DNA from: SAR202 cluster bacterium
GTDB taxonomy: Bacteria > Chloroflexota > Dehalococcoidia > Lucifugimonadales > VGZR01
NCBI GenBank assembly: GCA_016872515.1
Contig: VGZR01000001.1
Span: 80,475 to 144,474, forward strand
Length of the DNA stretch: 64,000 nt
Direction: 5' to 3'
Part shown: positions 44,827-53,145 of the stretch, piece by piece
Numbering within the stretch: position 1 is the stretch's first letter
How the letters are laid out: each line of letters begins with the position of its first letter
The notes under the pieces: generated by a model
Told to the model about the DNA's origin: nothing
The model's database searches: none
The model's input: the letters and a program-made list of their open reading frames with translations, nothing else
Position numbers and translations under genes: made by a program

Positions 44827-46019
44827 CGCGATGTGAGTACCTCGCGGACGCGGTGCGTCAGCGCCTGAGCGCGAGCATCGTTCAGGTTTAGTGGATTCAC
44901 GATCAAGGTGTGCTGCCGAAGCAGCCGTTCCTGGACGAATATCCCCGGGTTGCCCTTTTTCATCTCCTGCGAGACCTGAAAGGCCGAGCGGCCCAATGCC
45001 TTCGTGTCCAGCACCAGGTGCATCACCGGCGGCCCCTCTTCTGGGGTGATGACCCGCGGCTCCACCGGCAGCCCGCTCAGCCCGTCCGCGATGTACTCAA
45101 GGTGCCGCCTCATCTGCCGGTAGTCCGGCGCATACTTCCCCTGCGCGAATAGCTCCAGCCCCGTCAGCAGCCCCACGACCTCCTCCTTGGAGACCTTGAA
45201 CCCCCGCCCGATGCCGTGGCGCGGGATGCCTGCGATGCTGCTCTTGGGGATGAACTCCTCGGGTGGCTCCCAGATGTCGAAGAACTCGTCCATGTCCAGG
45301 TTCTGCAACGCTGCCGAGGCGATGTACTCCCGCCTGCCGCACAGGATGCCGCTCGACTGCGGCCCGCGTATCGCCTTGCCACCAGAGAAAGCCACCAGGT
45401 CGGCGCCAGCCTCAATGAAGCGGCGCAGGTTCCCGATGGGCGGGAGCTGCCCCGCTGCGTCCACCAGCACCGGCAGCCCGTGCCGGTGCGCCACGCGGAC
45501 CACATCCTCGATGGGCGGCACGCCTCCTGCGGTCACCGCGAAGGCGATGCCCGCGGTCTTGTCCGTGATGGCCGCCTCGTACTCCCATGCCTCCGTCCGC
45601 CGCACGCCCGCATCCGCGAGCAGCTCGTTCATACCGACTTCCACCAGCTTCGCGCCCGCCAATCGGATGGCGTGATCGTACCCGCTCCGGTGCTCCCGCG
45701 AGATGATGAACTCGTTCTTCATGCCCGCCGTGTCGGGCAGCCGCTCCATCTTCCCCAGGTCGAGTCCGGCCAGGATTGCAGCTGTCCCCAGCGACAGCCC
45801 GGCGGACGCTCCCGCGGTCACGTAGCCCGCCTCGGCGCTTGTAGCCTTGGCGATGGCGCGCGACGCTGCCGCCTGCAGCTCCGTCATCGAGACCGAGTGC
45901 TGTGCTGCCTCCACCATCGCCTGCACGATTTCAGGCACCATCAGCGCCCCGCCGACACGCGTGGACGCGCCCGACACGTTGATGATGGTCCTGACCCCGA
46001 ACTTCTCGTAGATGCTCAC
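44823..46019 (-). CDS. SelA/DgaE-like fold-type-I PLP-dependent enzyme
   Basis: 398 aa. GTG start lies 7 nt after GGGAGG. N-terminus VRTIINVSGASTRVGG and PLP-lysine context FSGGKAIRGPQSSG resemble the L-seryl-tRNA(Sec) selenium transferase-related family. Confidence 0.7.
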   Translation of the reverse strand: MSIYEKFGVRTIINVSGASTRVGGALMVPEIVQAMVEAAQHSVSMTELQAAASRAIAKATSAEAGYVTAGASAGLSLGTAAILAGLDLGKMERLPDTAGMKNEFIISREHRSGYDHAIRLAGAKLVEVGMNELLADAGVRRTEAWEYEAAITDKTAGIAFAVTAGGVPPIEDVVRVAHRHGLPVLVDAAGQLPPIGNLRRFIEAGADLVAFSGGKAIRGPQSSGILCGRREYIASAALQNLDMDEFFDIWEPPEEFIPKSSIAGIPRHGIGRGFKVSKEEVVGLLTGLELFAQGKYAPDYRQMRRHLEYIADGLSGLPVEPRVITPEEGPPVMHLVLDTKALGRSAFQVSQEMKKGNPGIFVQERLLRQHTLIVNPLNLNDARAQALTHRVREVLTSR

Positions 46020-46102
46020 GGCGAAGCCTCCCGTTCAAGTGTTTGCGGCGGCACCACTTTAACGCAAGGCGGTCTTACGTCACAAGCGCAGGGCTAGCGG
46101 GA

Positions 46103-46969
46103 CTAGCGCCCGAAAGCGGTCAGGACGCGCCGGGCGGCGTCGTAGTCCCGTACCCCGCCCTTGAGGATGGGCGGAACGAGGTAGATGTAGGAGAGACCTT
46201 GATCAGCGAAACGGCGGACGAGTTCAACGGCGATGTCGCTTCCCGCGCGGCCCGAAGCCATCCCCTTTATCACCCATCGGGGCACGTTCCCGAATGTGAT
46301 GCTCTCCGGCGCCATGACCTGTACGCCGCAGAAGAGCGGCTGACGCAAAGCCTGGCCGTGCGCCTCTTGGTAGCACTCCCAAAACGCCTTGACCGTTGAT
46401 GGCTCGAACACCGCCTGCAACAGGAAGAAACTTGCCCCGGCCTTCGCCTTGCGGTGGGCCAAGACGACCTCGCGTTCCATATCGCGGTTCAGGTCGATCG
46501 TCGCGCCAACTGCGAAATTGGTGGGCGAGCGGAGCTTGACGCCCCTGAAATCCACGCCCTGGTTCATCGCGGTGATCGAGGCGATGAGTTCCGTAGGTGT
46601 GAAGTCGTCCACCGCTCTCACCCGCTCCAGGTCTTTTTCGGTGAAAGCGTCACCCTTCACCACGACGGCGTTCTGGAGGCCGAGGAGGGCGGCGCCGAGG
46701 AGCAGGCTCTGTGTCGCCACCTTGTTCATGTCCCTGGTGGCGACGGTGAACAGCGTATCGCGGCCGATGTTGGCCTTGATCCAGTGAGCCGTCAGGACCG
46801 AGTTGACCCTGACTGACCTGCCCGGGTTGTACGCCACCGAGATGAAGTCCGCGTTCAGCTCGCGCGCATCCTGCAGCAGGGCAGGGTCGCCGCCCCTCGG
46901 AGGCGAGAAGTCGCAGATGAAGACGTTGCTGTCGCCCGCTGCGGCGCACCGCTCAGGGACTGTCGCCAT
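46103..46969 (-). CDS. Methylenetetrahydrofolate reductase (MetF)-like protein
   Basis: Start at ATG 46969 after GGAGG; the ORF-track extension to 47179 overlaps the upstream gene. FICDFSPPRG, ADFISVAYNPG, FTVATRD and LQNAVVVKGD parallel MTHFR motifs. Confidence 0.72.
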   Translation of the reverse strand: MATVPERCAAAGDSNVFICDFSPPRGGDPALLQDARELNADFISVAYNPGRSVRVNSVLTAHWIKANIGRDTLFTVATRDMNKVATQSLLLGAALLGLQNAVVVKGDAFTEKDLERVRAVDDFTPTELIASITAMNQGVDFRGVKLRSPTNFAVGATIDLNRDMEREVVLAHRKAKAGASFFLLQAVFEPSTVKAFWECYQEAHGQALRQPLFCGVQVMAPESITFGNVPRWVIKGMASGRAGSDIAVELVRRFADQGLSYIYLVPPILKGGVRDYDAARRVLTAFGR

Positions 46970-47018
46970 CAGGCCTCCGGACCCGGAGGTGTCGGCACTT
47001 AGGGCTGGCTGGACTGGC

Positions 47019-47501
47019 TTACTTCCAGCCCCAGGCCCCGTTGCGCGAAGGCAGCAGAGAAACCCTGTGGCCCTCCAGGCACTTGTAACGCTCCTCGCGG
47101 TTCTCGCGGCGCTTGCCCGACAGGGAGGACTGCTCCATCTGGCCGGTGCAGAACGGGCACTTGATGAGGTATCCCACACGCGTCCGCACGCGGATGACCT
47201 TCAGCGTGATGAGCTTGTTGCGCAGGCTCGCCGCCTCGCCCATGTAGCGCAGCACATAGATGGTGCCTGCGCTCACGATGTTCACGCCGTTCTTGTGCGC
47301 GATAGCCGGCACATGCCTGGGGTCTTCGTAGCCGCACATGGCGCAGGTGTAGGAACCGTACTGGTTGTACAGCCGTCCCTGGCACCGGGGGCACAGGTCC
47401 TGCCGGATGGGGATCGGAATCCTGTTCAGCGGGGGTGCGCTCGACGGCTGCGTCGCGGCGGGAATCCCAGGCGTGAAATTCGTGGTGGCGGGGGTGACCA
47501 T
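47019..47501 (-). CDS. Hypothetical double Zn-ribbon protein
   Basis: 160 aa with a strong RBS (AGAGGAGGAATC-ATG). CPRC-x12-CAMC lies after a Pro-rich N-terminus. A second ribbon CPFC...C-LEGH lies near the C-terminus. The first ribbon is paralogous to ORF 60853..61050. Confidence 0.6.
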   Translation of the reverse strand: MVTPATTNFTPGIPAATQPSSAPPLNRIPIPIRQDLCPRCQGRLYNQYGSYTCAMCGYEDPRHVPAIAHKNGVNIVSAGTIYVLRYMGEAASLRNKLITLKVIRVRTRVGYLIKCPFCTGQMEQSSLSGKRRENREERYKCLEGHRVSLLPSRNGAWGWK

Positions 47502-47934
47502 GATTCCTCCTCTTGGCCCCTTTTAGCCCTGTGCTCTCAGCTCCGGCGGTCCGACGTTGACACCTCGACCAGTGGAGCCTGGCAGCACACAAGGCCTCCG
47601 AAGAGGAGCGCGCTAAGCACGCGGGGAGCAGGCTACGGCGAGACCTGTTACCCCGATGTAAGCACCCTTTATGCTGGACCTCCAGGTCAATCGGCTGAAG
47701 ATGCAAGGGGCGACCATTCCCCCTGCTTGTACGCGGCCTTCAGCCTTTATTGACCTCCCGCATAGGCGGGACTGGCTAGCACCTCAATTTGACTGAATAT
47801 TTTCTTATACTTCTCCGGAATTGTCAATAGTAAATGTCTCAATACTGTGTGAAACCAAGAGGCGGTGGTGTTTGGTTGAGGGCTAAAGATAGCTAGGAAG
47901 TCGAGTGGCCCATGCTCTGCGGTCTTGACGATTG

Positions 47935-47964
47935 TTGACACCTCCACAGGGTGGATGCTACATT
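47935..47964 (+). promoter_or_regulatory. Candidate etfBA promoter
   Basis: TTGACA (47935-40), 18 nt, TACATT (47959-64) with TG at 47956-57 (extended -10 TGCTACATT), about 65 nt upstream of the etfB ATG. Confidence 0.45.
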
Positions 47965-48030
47965 CGGGGCAACGAGCTTGTACGCCATTACAGCCTACCC
48001 CCTCATACTTGACTCTAGGCCTTCCAGCGC

Positions 48031-48843
48031 ATGACGTCGCCCCGTGCGCCAGTGCGTATCCTCGTGTGCGTTAAGCAGGTCATTGACCCCGAGACGCCCC
48101 TCTCGGCCTTCAAAGTGGACCCTGCCACGAAGCGTGTCCTTGCTGCCCCCGGCGTTCCACCCGTGGTCAACGGCTTCGACGAAAACGCGGTGGAGGCGGC
48201 TCTGCGCCTCAAGGACACCGTCGGCGCCGAAGTCACCGTCCTCTCCGTCGGTCAAGGCTTTATCATGGACGTGATGAAGAAGCCGCTGTCCATGGGCGCC
48301 GACCGCCTCGTCTTGGCCCAGGATCCGTCGTTCCAAGACCTGGACCCCTTCGCCACTGCGTACATCCTCTCGCTGGCGGTGCGCAAGTCGGGCGCGTTCG
48401 ACCTCGTGCTGTGTGGCCGTCAGGCCTCCGACTGGGACAACGCTCAGGTTCCGCTCGTCCTGGCCGAGTTGCTAGGCCTGCCGTGCGTGACTGTAGCCCA
48501 GAAGCTCGAGCTTGCTGGCAAGGGGCTGGTCGTGCAGCGGGCCTTGCCGGATGGTTATGAGGTCGTCGAGGCGCCGTTGCCTGCGCTCGTGAGCGTGAGC
48601 AACGAGTTGGGCGAGCCACGCTATCCCACGCTGCGCGGCATCATGGCCGCGGGCAAGAAGACGCCGGTCACCTGGACAGCCGCCGACCTCGGCGTTGATC
48701 TGGCCCGCCTAGCGCCGAAGCTGCGGGTGCTTGACCTTTTCGCGCCTCCACGGGAAAAACAGTGCGAGTTCGTCGCGGGTGAGAACGAGGCCGATGCAGG
48801 ACGCCTGCTCGCCCTCAAACTCCGTGAGGACAAACTCATCTGA
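48031..48843 (+). CDS. etfB: Electron transfer flavoprotein, beta subunit
   Basis: 270 aa. VRILVCVKQVIDPE and NGFDENAVEAALRLKD are typical EtfB/FixA. The start could instead be GTG 48052. Confidence 0.9.
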   Translation: MTSPRAPVRILVCVKQVIDPETPLSAFKVDPATKRVLAAPGVPPVVNGFDENAVEAALRLKDTVGAEVTVLSVGQGFIMDVMKKPLSMGADRLVLAQDPSFQDLDPFATAYILSLAVRKSGAFDLVLCGRQASDWDNAQVPLVLAELLGLPCVTVAQKLELAGKGLVVQRALPDGYEVVEAPLPALVSVSNELGEPRYPTLRGIMAAGKKTPVTWTAADLGVDLARLAPKLRVLDLFAPPREKQCEFVAGENEADAGRLLALKLREDKLI

Positions 48844-48844
48844 C

Positions 48845-49834
48845 ATGACCGATATGAACGCTGAGACTGTTGTCTTGGGCGACCTTGCTGATGGGCGCCT
48901 GAGCGGTGCTACCGCTGAACTCATCGCTCTGGGCCGCAAGCTCGGTGGCCCAGTCGCCGTCGCTTTCGCCGGCGTAGGGTTGGAAAGCGCGGCATCCGAG
49001 GCCCTCGCTGCTGGTGCGGACAAGGCCTACCTCCTGAACAGCCCCGTGTTAGCCGAGCTGCAGACCGATGCTCTCGTCGCCGCCTTCGAACAGCTATGCA
49101 AACATTCCAGCCCTGCGGTGGTGCTGGTCGCCAAGACGCCCATGGGCCGCGACGTCGGTCCCCGTCTGGCTACCCGTCTCGGTGTCGGCCTCGCGCAGGA
49201 CTGTGTTGACCTCCGCCGCGATTCGAGTGGCACCCTCATCGCCACACGGCCTGTGTATGGCGGCAATGCTTTGGCCGCGTTAGCCTTCTCCGATGCTCGT
49301 CCCAGCATCGTTGTCGTCCGCGGGAAGGTGTACCCTCCGCTCGCTCCCGACCCGGCACGGAAGGGCGAGATCGTCCGCTTCGAGCCGAAGCTGGATCCCT
49401 CTGCAGTGAAGGCGAGAACGGTGCAATTCGTCCGCCGCGAGGCGGCCGGAGTGCGGCTCGAGGACGCCGCCGTCGTCGTCAGCGGGGGACGCGGCCTCGG
49501 CGGGCCTGAGCCATTTGGTATGCTGAAAGAGTTGGCGGGTCTGCTCGACGGCGCCGTCGGTGCCTCTCGCGCGGCGTGCGACGCCGGATGGATAGACCAT
49601 AGCTACCAGGTGGGGCTTACGGGCAAGACCATCACGCCGAATGTGTACATCACGGTAGGTATCTCCGGCGCCAGCCAGCACATGGCGGGCTGCTCCGGCG
49701 CAAAGAACATCGTCGCCATCAACAAAGACGCCAATGCGAACATCTTCAAAGAGGCCCGCTACGGGGTGGTGGGCGACTGGAAAAAGGTGCTACCTTCCTT
49801 CATCGAAGCGGTGCGGGAACTCGTGAAATCGTAG
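48845..49834 (+). CDS. etfA: Electron transfer flavoprotein, alpha subunit
   Basis: ATG 48845 lies directly after the etfB stop. C-terminal FAD-binding region VVVSGGRGLG...YQVGLTGKTITPNVYITVGISGASQHMAG. Confidence 0.9.
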   Translation: MTDMNAETVVLGDLADGRLSGATAELIALGRKLGGPVAVAFAGVGLESAASEALAAGADKAYLLNSPVLAELQTDALVAAFEQLCKHSSPAVVLVAKTPMGRDVGPRLATRLGVGLAQDCVDLRRDSSGTLIATRPVYGGNALAALAFSDARPSIVVVRGKVYPPLAPDPARKGEIVRFEPKLDPSAVKARTVQFVRREAAGVRLEDAAVVVSGGRGLGGPEPFGMLKELAGLLDGAVGASRAACDAGWIDHSYQVGLTGKTITPNVYITVGISGASQHMAGCSGAKNIVAINKDANANIFKEARYGVVGDWKKVLPSFIEAVRELVKS

Positions 49835-49851
49835 ATGGGAGAGATGGCAGA

Positions 49852-50295
49852 GTGATGGACGAAGATTTCGGCCTGGACATCGCTGAGACCCTAGCCAACA
49901 TAGACAAGGCGGAAGTCCTCTCGGTGTTCTTCCCGACCTTCCGGAAAGCGCTGATTATCGACACGCGCTCCAATGGTAGTCAGGGCCCGCTGGTCAAAGT
50001 CATGCCGATGGTGGCATCGCCCCAAGAGCGGGTGAGGGCCATCCGCAGGATGCGTCCCGGATTCCCCCGCATCACCAACCTCACCGTGGTGCCCTGGCCG
50101 CGTTACGTGGACAGCCTGGTTGCGCAGGGGATCTGGGACAAGATCCTCGCCAGGCTCACCGCTGCGGGCCAGGACCAGGCCGTGGCCGACTGCCAAGCGG
50201 CGTTCCAGGAGTTGAAGAAGATGGAGAAGGATGAACTGGCCAGCGTGGTGAAGGGTGAGAACTACCACACCATCTGGTCCGCCCGCCGCCGCTGA
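49852..50295 (+). CDS. Hypothetical protein downstream of etfBA (no domain recognised)
   Basis: 147 aa, 17 nt after the etfA stop (GTG 49852 or ATG 49855). Composition is coding-like. Confidence 0.5.
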   Translation: MMDEDFGLDIAETLANIDKAEVLSVFFPTFRKALIIDTRSNGSQGPLVKVMPMVASPQERVRAIRRMRPGFPRITNLTVVPWPRYVDSLVAQGIWDKILARLTAAGQDQAVADCQAAFQELKKMEKDELASVVKGENYHTIWSARRR

Positions 50296-50310
50296 CCAGC
50301 TGCGGAGCGG

Positions 50311-52353
50311 TTACACCGCTGCCGCTTGGCGCTCCTTCTGCTCGACGATGCGCTGGACGAGGTGGTCCGGCACCGGATCCATGTGGGCGACCCTCGCGGT
50401 GAACGAGCCGCGTCCGCCCGTCAGCGACCGCAGTTCCGTCGCATATCTGAGCATCTCCGCCATCGGCACCTCAGCCTCTACCAAGGTGTTGCCGTTCCCC
50501 TGGGGTGTCATGCCGTGGATGTGTCCCCGCTTGCCGTTCAGGTCGCCGATGACATCGCCCGCTGACGTGTCAGGCACTATGATCTTCACCGTCATCACCG
50601 GCTCAAGCAGCGTCGGGTTGGCCATCTTCACGCCTTTGGAGAGGGCATGGGAGGCCGCGATTTCGAATGCCATGCCCGACGAGTCCACGTCGTGGGAGCT
50701 GCCGTCCACCAGCGTGGCCTTGACGTCCACGATGGGGAAGCCCGCCACAGCGCCCTCGGCCATGGCCTTGACCACGCCCTTCTCCACAGAAGGGATGTAC
50801 TCTTTCGGCACTGCGCCTCCGACAACCTTCTCCGCGAACTCGAACCCGGCGCCGCGCGGCCGTGGCTCCAGCTCCAGCCACACGTGGCCGTACTGGCCGT
50901 GGCCGCCCGTCTGCTTCTTGTGTTTGTACTCAACCCGGGTCGTGGAGCGTATCGTCTCTTTGTACGGCACCTTCGGCACGCTCAGGGCTAGGTCCACCCC
51001 GAACTTGCGCTTCATCTTCTCCACGGCTACGGCCAAGTGGGTGTCGCCCAAACCACCTAGCAGGATCTCCGTCGTATCCGGGTCGCGGGCCACCCGGAGG
51101 CCGGGGTCCTCTTCCACGATGCGGGCCAGCGCGCTCGTCATCTTGTCCAGGTCTGCCTTGGACTTCGGCGCCACCGCCATCTGGTACACCGGCTCGGGGA
51201 ATTGGACGCTCGGCAGCTTTACCGGTCGGTCCTTCTGCCCTAGAGTGTCCCCGGTCAGGACGGCCTGCAGCTTGGCGACGGCGGCGATGTCTCCGGCGCC
51301 GACCCTCGCCATCGGCTCCTGCGTCTTGCCTCGGACGAGGAACACCTGGCCGACGCGCTCGTCCTCGTTGCGCGACGCGTTCCAGACATGGGAGTCGCTC
51401 TTGAAGGAGCCGCTGTACACACGGAAGTAGGACAGCTTCCCGACGAAAGGGTCGGCGGTGGTCTTGAAGACCAGCGCCGCCAGTGGGCCGTCGTCCTTGC
51501 AAGGCAATGTGACCTTTGCGTTGCTGTTTGTCGCCTCGGCCGCTGGCACGTCGGCTGGCGAGGGCAACAGGTCAACGATGGCGTCCATGAGCTTGTCTGC
51601 CCCCACGCCTGCCAGCGCGGAGCCGAACAGGACAGGCGTGAGCGCTCCGGAAGCCACGCCCTGTTTCAGCCCGTTGGACAGTTCCTCTGGTGTCAGGGCC
51701 TGCCCGTCGAGGAACTTGTTGACCAGCTTGTCGTCCGTCTCGGCGATGGCTTCGATGAGCCGCTCCCGCGCTGCCTTCACCTCCTGTGTAGCCTCAGCAG
51801 GTACGTTGCCCGGCGTCCCCATCAGGTCCACGACGCCCTTGAAAGACGCCTCGGCGCCGATGGGTACCTGGACGGCCACGCAGCTGCGACCCAGAGAGTT
51901 CTGCAAGGAGACCATGACCCGCTTGTAGTTGGCGTTTTCCCGGTCCATCTTGTTGACGAAGACGACGCGCGGCAGCTTGCGCTCCGCTGCCATCTGCCAG
52001 GACTGCTCCGTCCCGACCTCGACGCCCGCAGGGGCCGACACCACCATCACCGTGCTATCGGCCACGCGCAGGCCCGACAAGACCTCACCTCGGTAGTCCG
52101 CATACCCTGGGGTGTCCAGCAGGTTGAGTTTGTGCTTCTTCCAGACACAGGGGAGCAGAGAGACCTGCACGCTGGTCCTGCGCCGGGCCTCCTCCGGCTC
52201 GTAGTCGGAGGTAGTCGTGCCCTCGTCGGTCTTGCCCATCCGCGAGATGGCGCCGGCGGCTAAGAGCATCGCCTCGGAGATCATCGTCTTGCCAGCCCCG
52301 CTGTGGGATAGCAGCACGACGTTTCGTAGCTGCTTGGCCGTGAAATCTGCCAT
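50311..52353 (-). CDS. Elongation factor G-like translational GTPase (EF-G paralogue)
   Basis: 680 aa. G1 SHSGAGKT (variant of AHVDAGKT), DTPGYADY, NKMD, followed by EF-G domains II-V. Confidence 0.88.
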   Translation of the reverse strand: MADFTAKQLRNVVLLSHSGAGKTMISEAMLLAAGAISRMGKTDEGTTTSDYEPEEARRRTSVQVSLLPCVWKKHKLNLLDTPGYADYRGEVLSGLRVADSTVMVVSAPAGVEVGTEQSWQMAAERKLPRVVFVNKMDRENANYKRVMVSLQNSLGRSCVAVQVPIGAEASFKGVVDLMGTPGNVPAEATQEVKAARERLIEAIAETDDKLVNKFLDGQALTPEELSNGLKQGVASGALTPVLFGSALAGVGADKLMDAIVDLLPSPADVPAAEATNSNAKVTLPCKDDGPLAALVFKTTADPFVGKLSYFRVYSGSFKSDSHVWNASRNEDERVGQVFLVRGKTQEPMARVGAGDIAAVAKLQAVLTGDTLGQKDRPVKLPSVQFPEPVYQMAVAPKSKADLDKMTSALARIVEEDPGLRVARDPDTTEILLGGLGDTHLAVAVEKMKRKFGVDLALSVPKVPYKETIRSTTRVEYKHKKQTGGHGQYGHVWLELEPRPRGAGFEFAEKVVGGAVPKEYIPSVEKGVVKAMAEGAVAGFPIVDVKATLVDGSSHDVDSSGMAFEIAASHALSKGVKMANPTLLEPVMTVKIIVPDTSAGDVIGDLNGKRGHIHGMTPQGNGNTLVEAEVPMAEMLRYATELRSLTGGRGSFTARVAHMDPVPDHLVQRIVEQKERQAAAV

Positions 52354-52488
52354 TGCTCAGCCCTCCTCGTGCGGATGCGGCCATTTTAAGAAACGATTGA
52401 CGCATCCGCAACTTCAGCTACGAAGTAGCTTGGAAGATTTGCGGCATCCGTCTCCAAGCGCGAGAATGAAGACGAGGTGAAGAAAGCT

Positions 52489-53142
52489 ATGGCGGGAGTT
52501 ATCGGCATCATCGGCGGCACGGGACCCGAGGGCAAGGGCTTGGCGCTGCGCTTTGCCCTGGCGGGGGAGCGCGTCGTCATCGGCTCGCGAGAGGAGGCCC
52601 GCGCCCGCGAGGCCGCGGCCAGCCTGGCATCACTGGCGCCGCACGGCTCCATCCGTGGCACGACCAACATCGACGTGGCCCTGGAGACTGACATCATTGT
52701 CATCTCGGTGCCGTACGAAGCCCAGAAGGATATCCTCCACGCCCTCAAGGATGCCCTAGCGGGCAAGGTGGTGGTCTGCGTTGTCGCCCCGTTGGTATTC
52801 GTCAAGGGCTGGGCATCCGCCGTTTCCGTGCCGGAGGGCTCCGCGGCCAAAGAGGAACAAGCGCTTCTCCCCCGCTCCCGCATCGTGGCCGCCTTCCAGA
52901 ATGTGAGCGCACGTGACCTGCTCGACCCGGCCAGATCCGTGGAGGCCGATGTCATCGTATGCTCAGACGACGTGGATGCGAAGAAACAGGTCATGGCCCT
53001 CGCGCAGCGTATCCCAGGCGTCCGCGGCGTGGACGGCGGAGGACTCGACAACGCCCGGTATGTCGAAGACCTCACCGCGCTCCTGCTGAACATCAACCGC
53101 ATCTACAAGGCGCACTCCAGCATCAAGATCGTTGGCATCTGA
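52489..53142 (+). CDS. NADPH-dependent F420 reductase (Fno/NpdG-like)
   Basis: MAGVIGIIGGTGPEGKGLALRFALAGERVVIGSR Rossmann N-terminus, similar to the NpdG family. The ORF track starts 12 nt earlier at GTG 52477. Confidence 0.75.
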   Translation: MAGVIGIIGGTGPEGKGLALRFALAGERVVIGSREEARAREAAASLASLAPHGSIRGTTNIDVALETDIIVISVPYEAQKDILHALKDALAGKVVVCVVAPLVFVKGWASAVSVPEGSAAKEEQALLPRSRIVAAFQNVSARDLLDPARSVEADVIVCSDDVDAKKQVMALAQRIPGVRGVDGGGLDNARYVEDLTALLLNINRIYKAHSSIKIVGI

Positions 53143-53145
53143 ACC

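Noticed and set aside
47502-47800. A known riboswitch (cobalamin, THF, SAM-I, ZTP) in the leader of the Zn-ribbon/MetF-like string.
   Set aside because: I compared it by eye with the consensus cores I remember (B12 box, GGGAA..GGTG..AATCC, ZTP GACTGGCG/CCGCCTGGGC, SAM-I). Only short chance-level similarities appeared. It needs cmscan to be settled.
47747-47947. 66-aa minus-strand ORF inside the AT-rich intergenic core.
   Set aside because: It has a GTG start without an RBS and overlaps both candidate promoters. Its composition reflects AT-rich non-coding DNA, and it has no recognisable motif.
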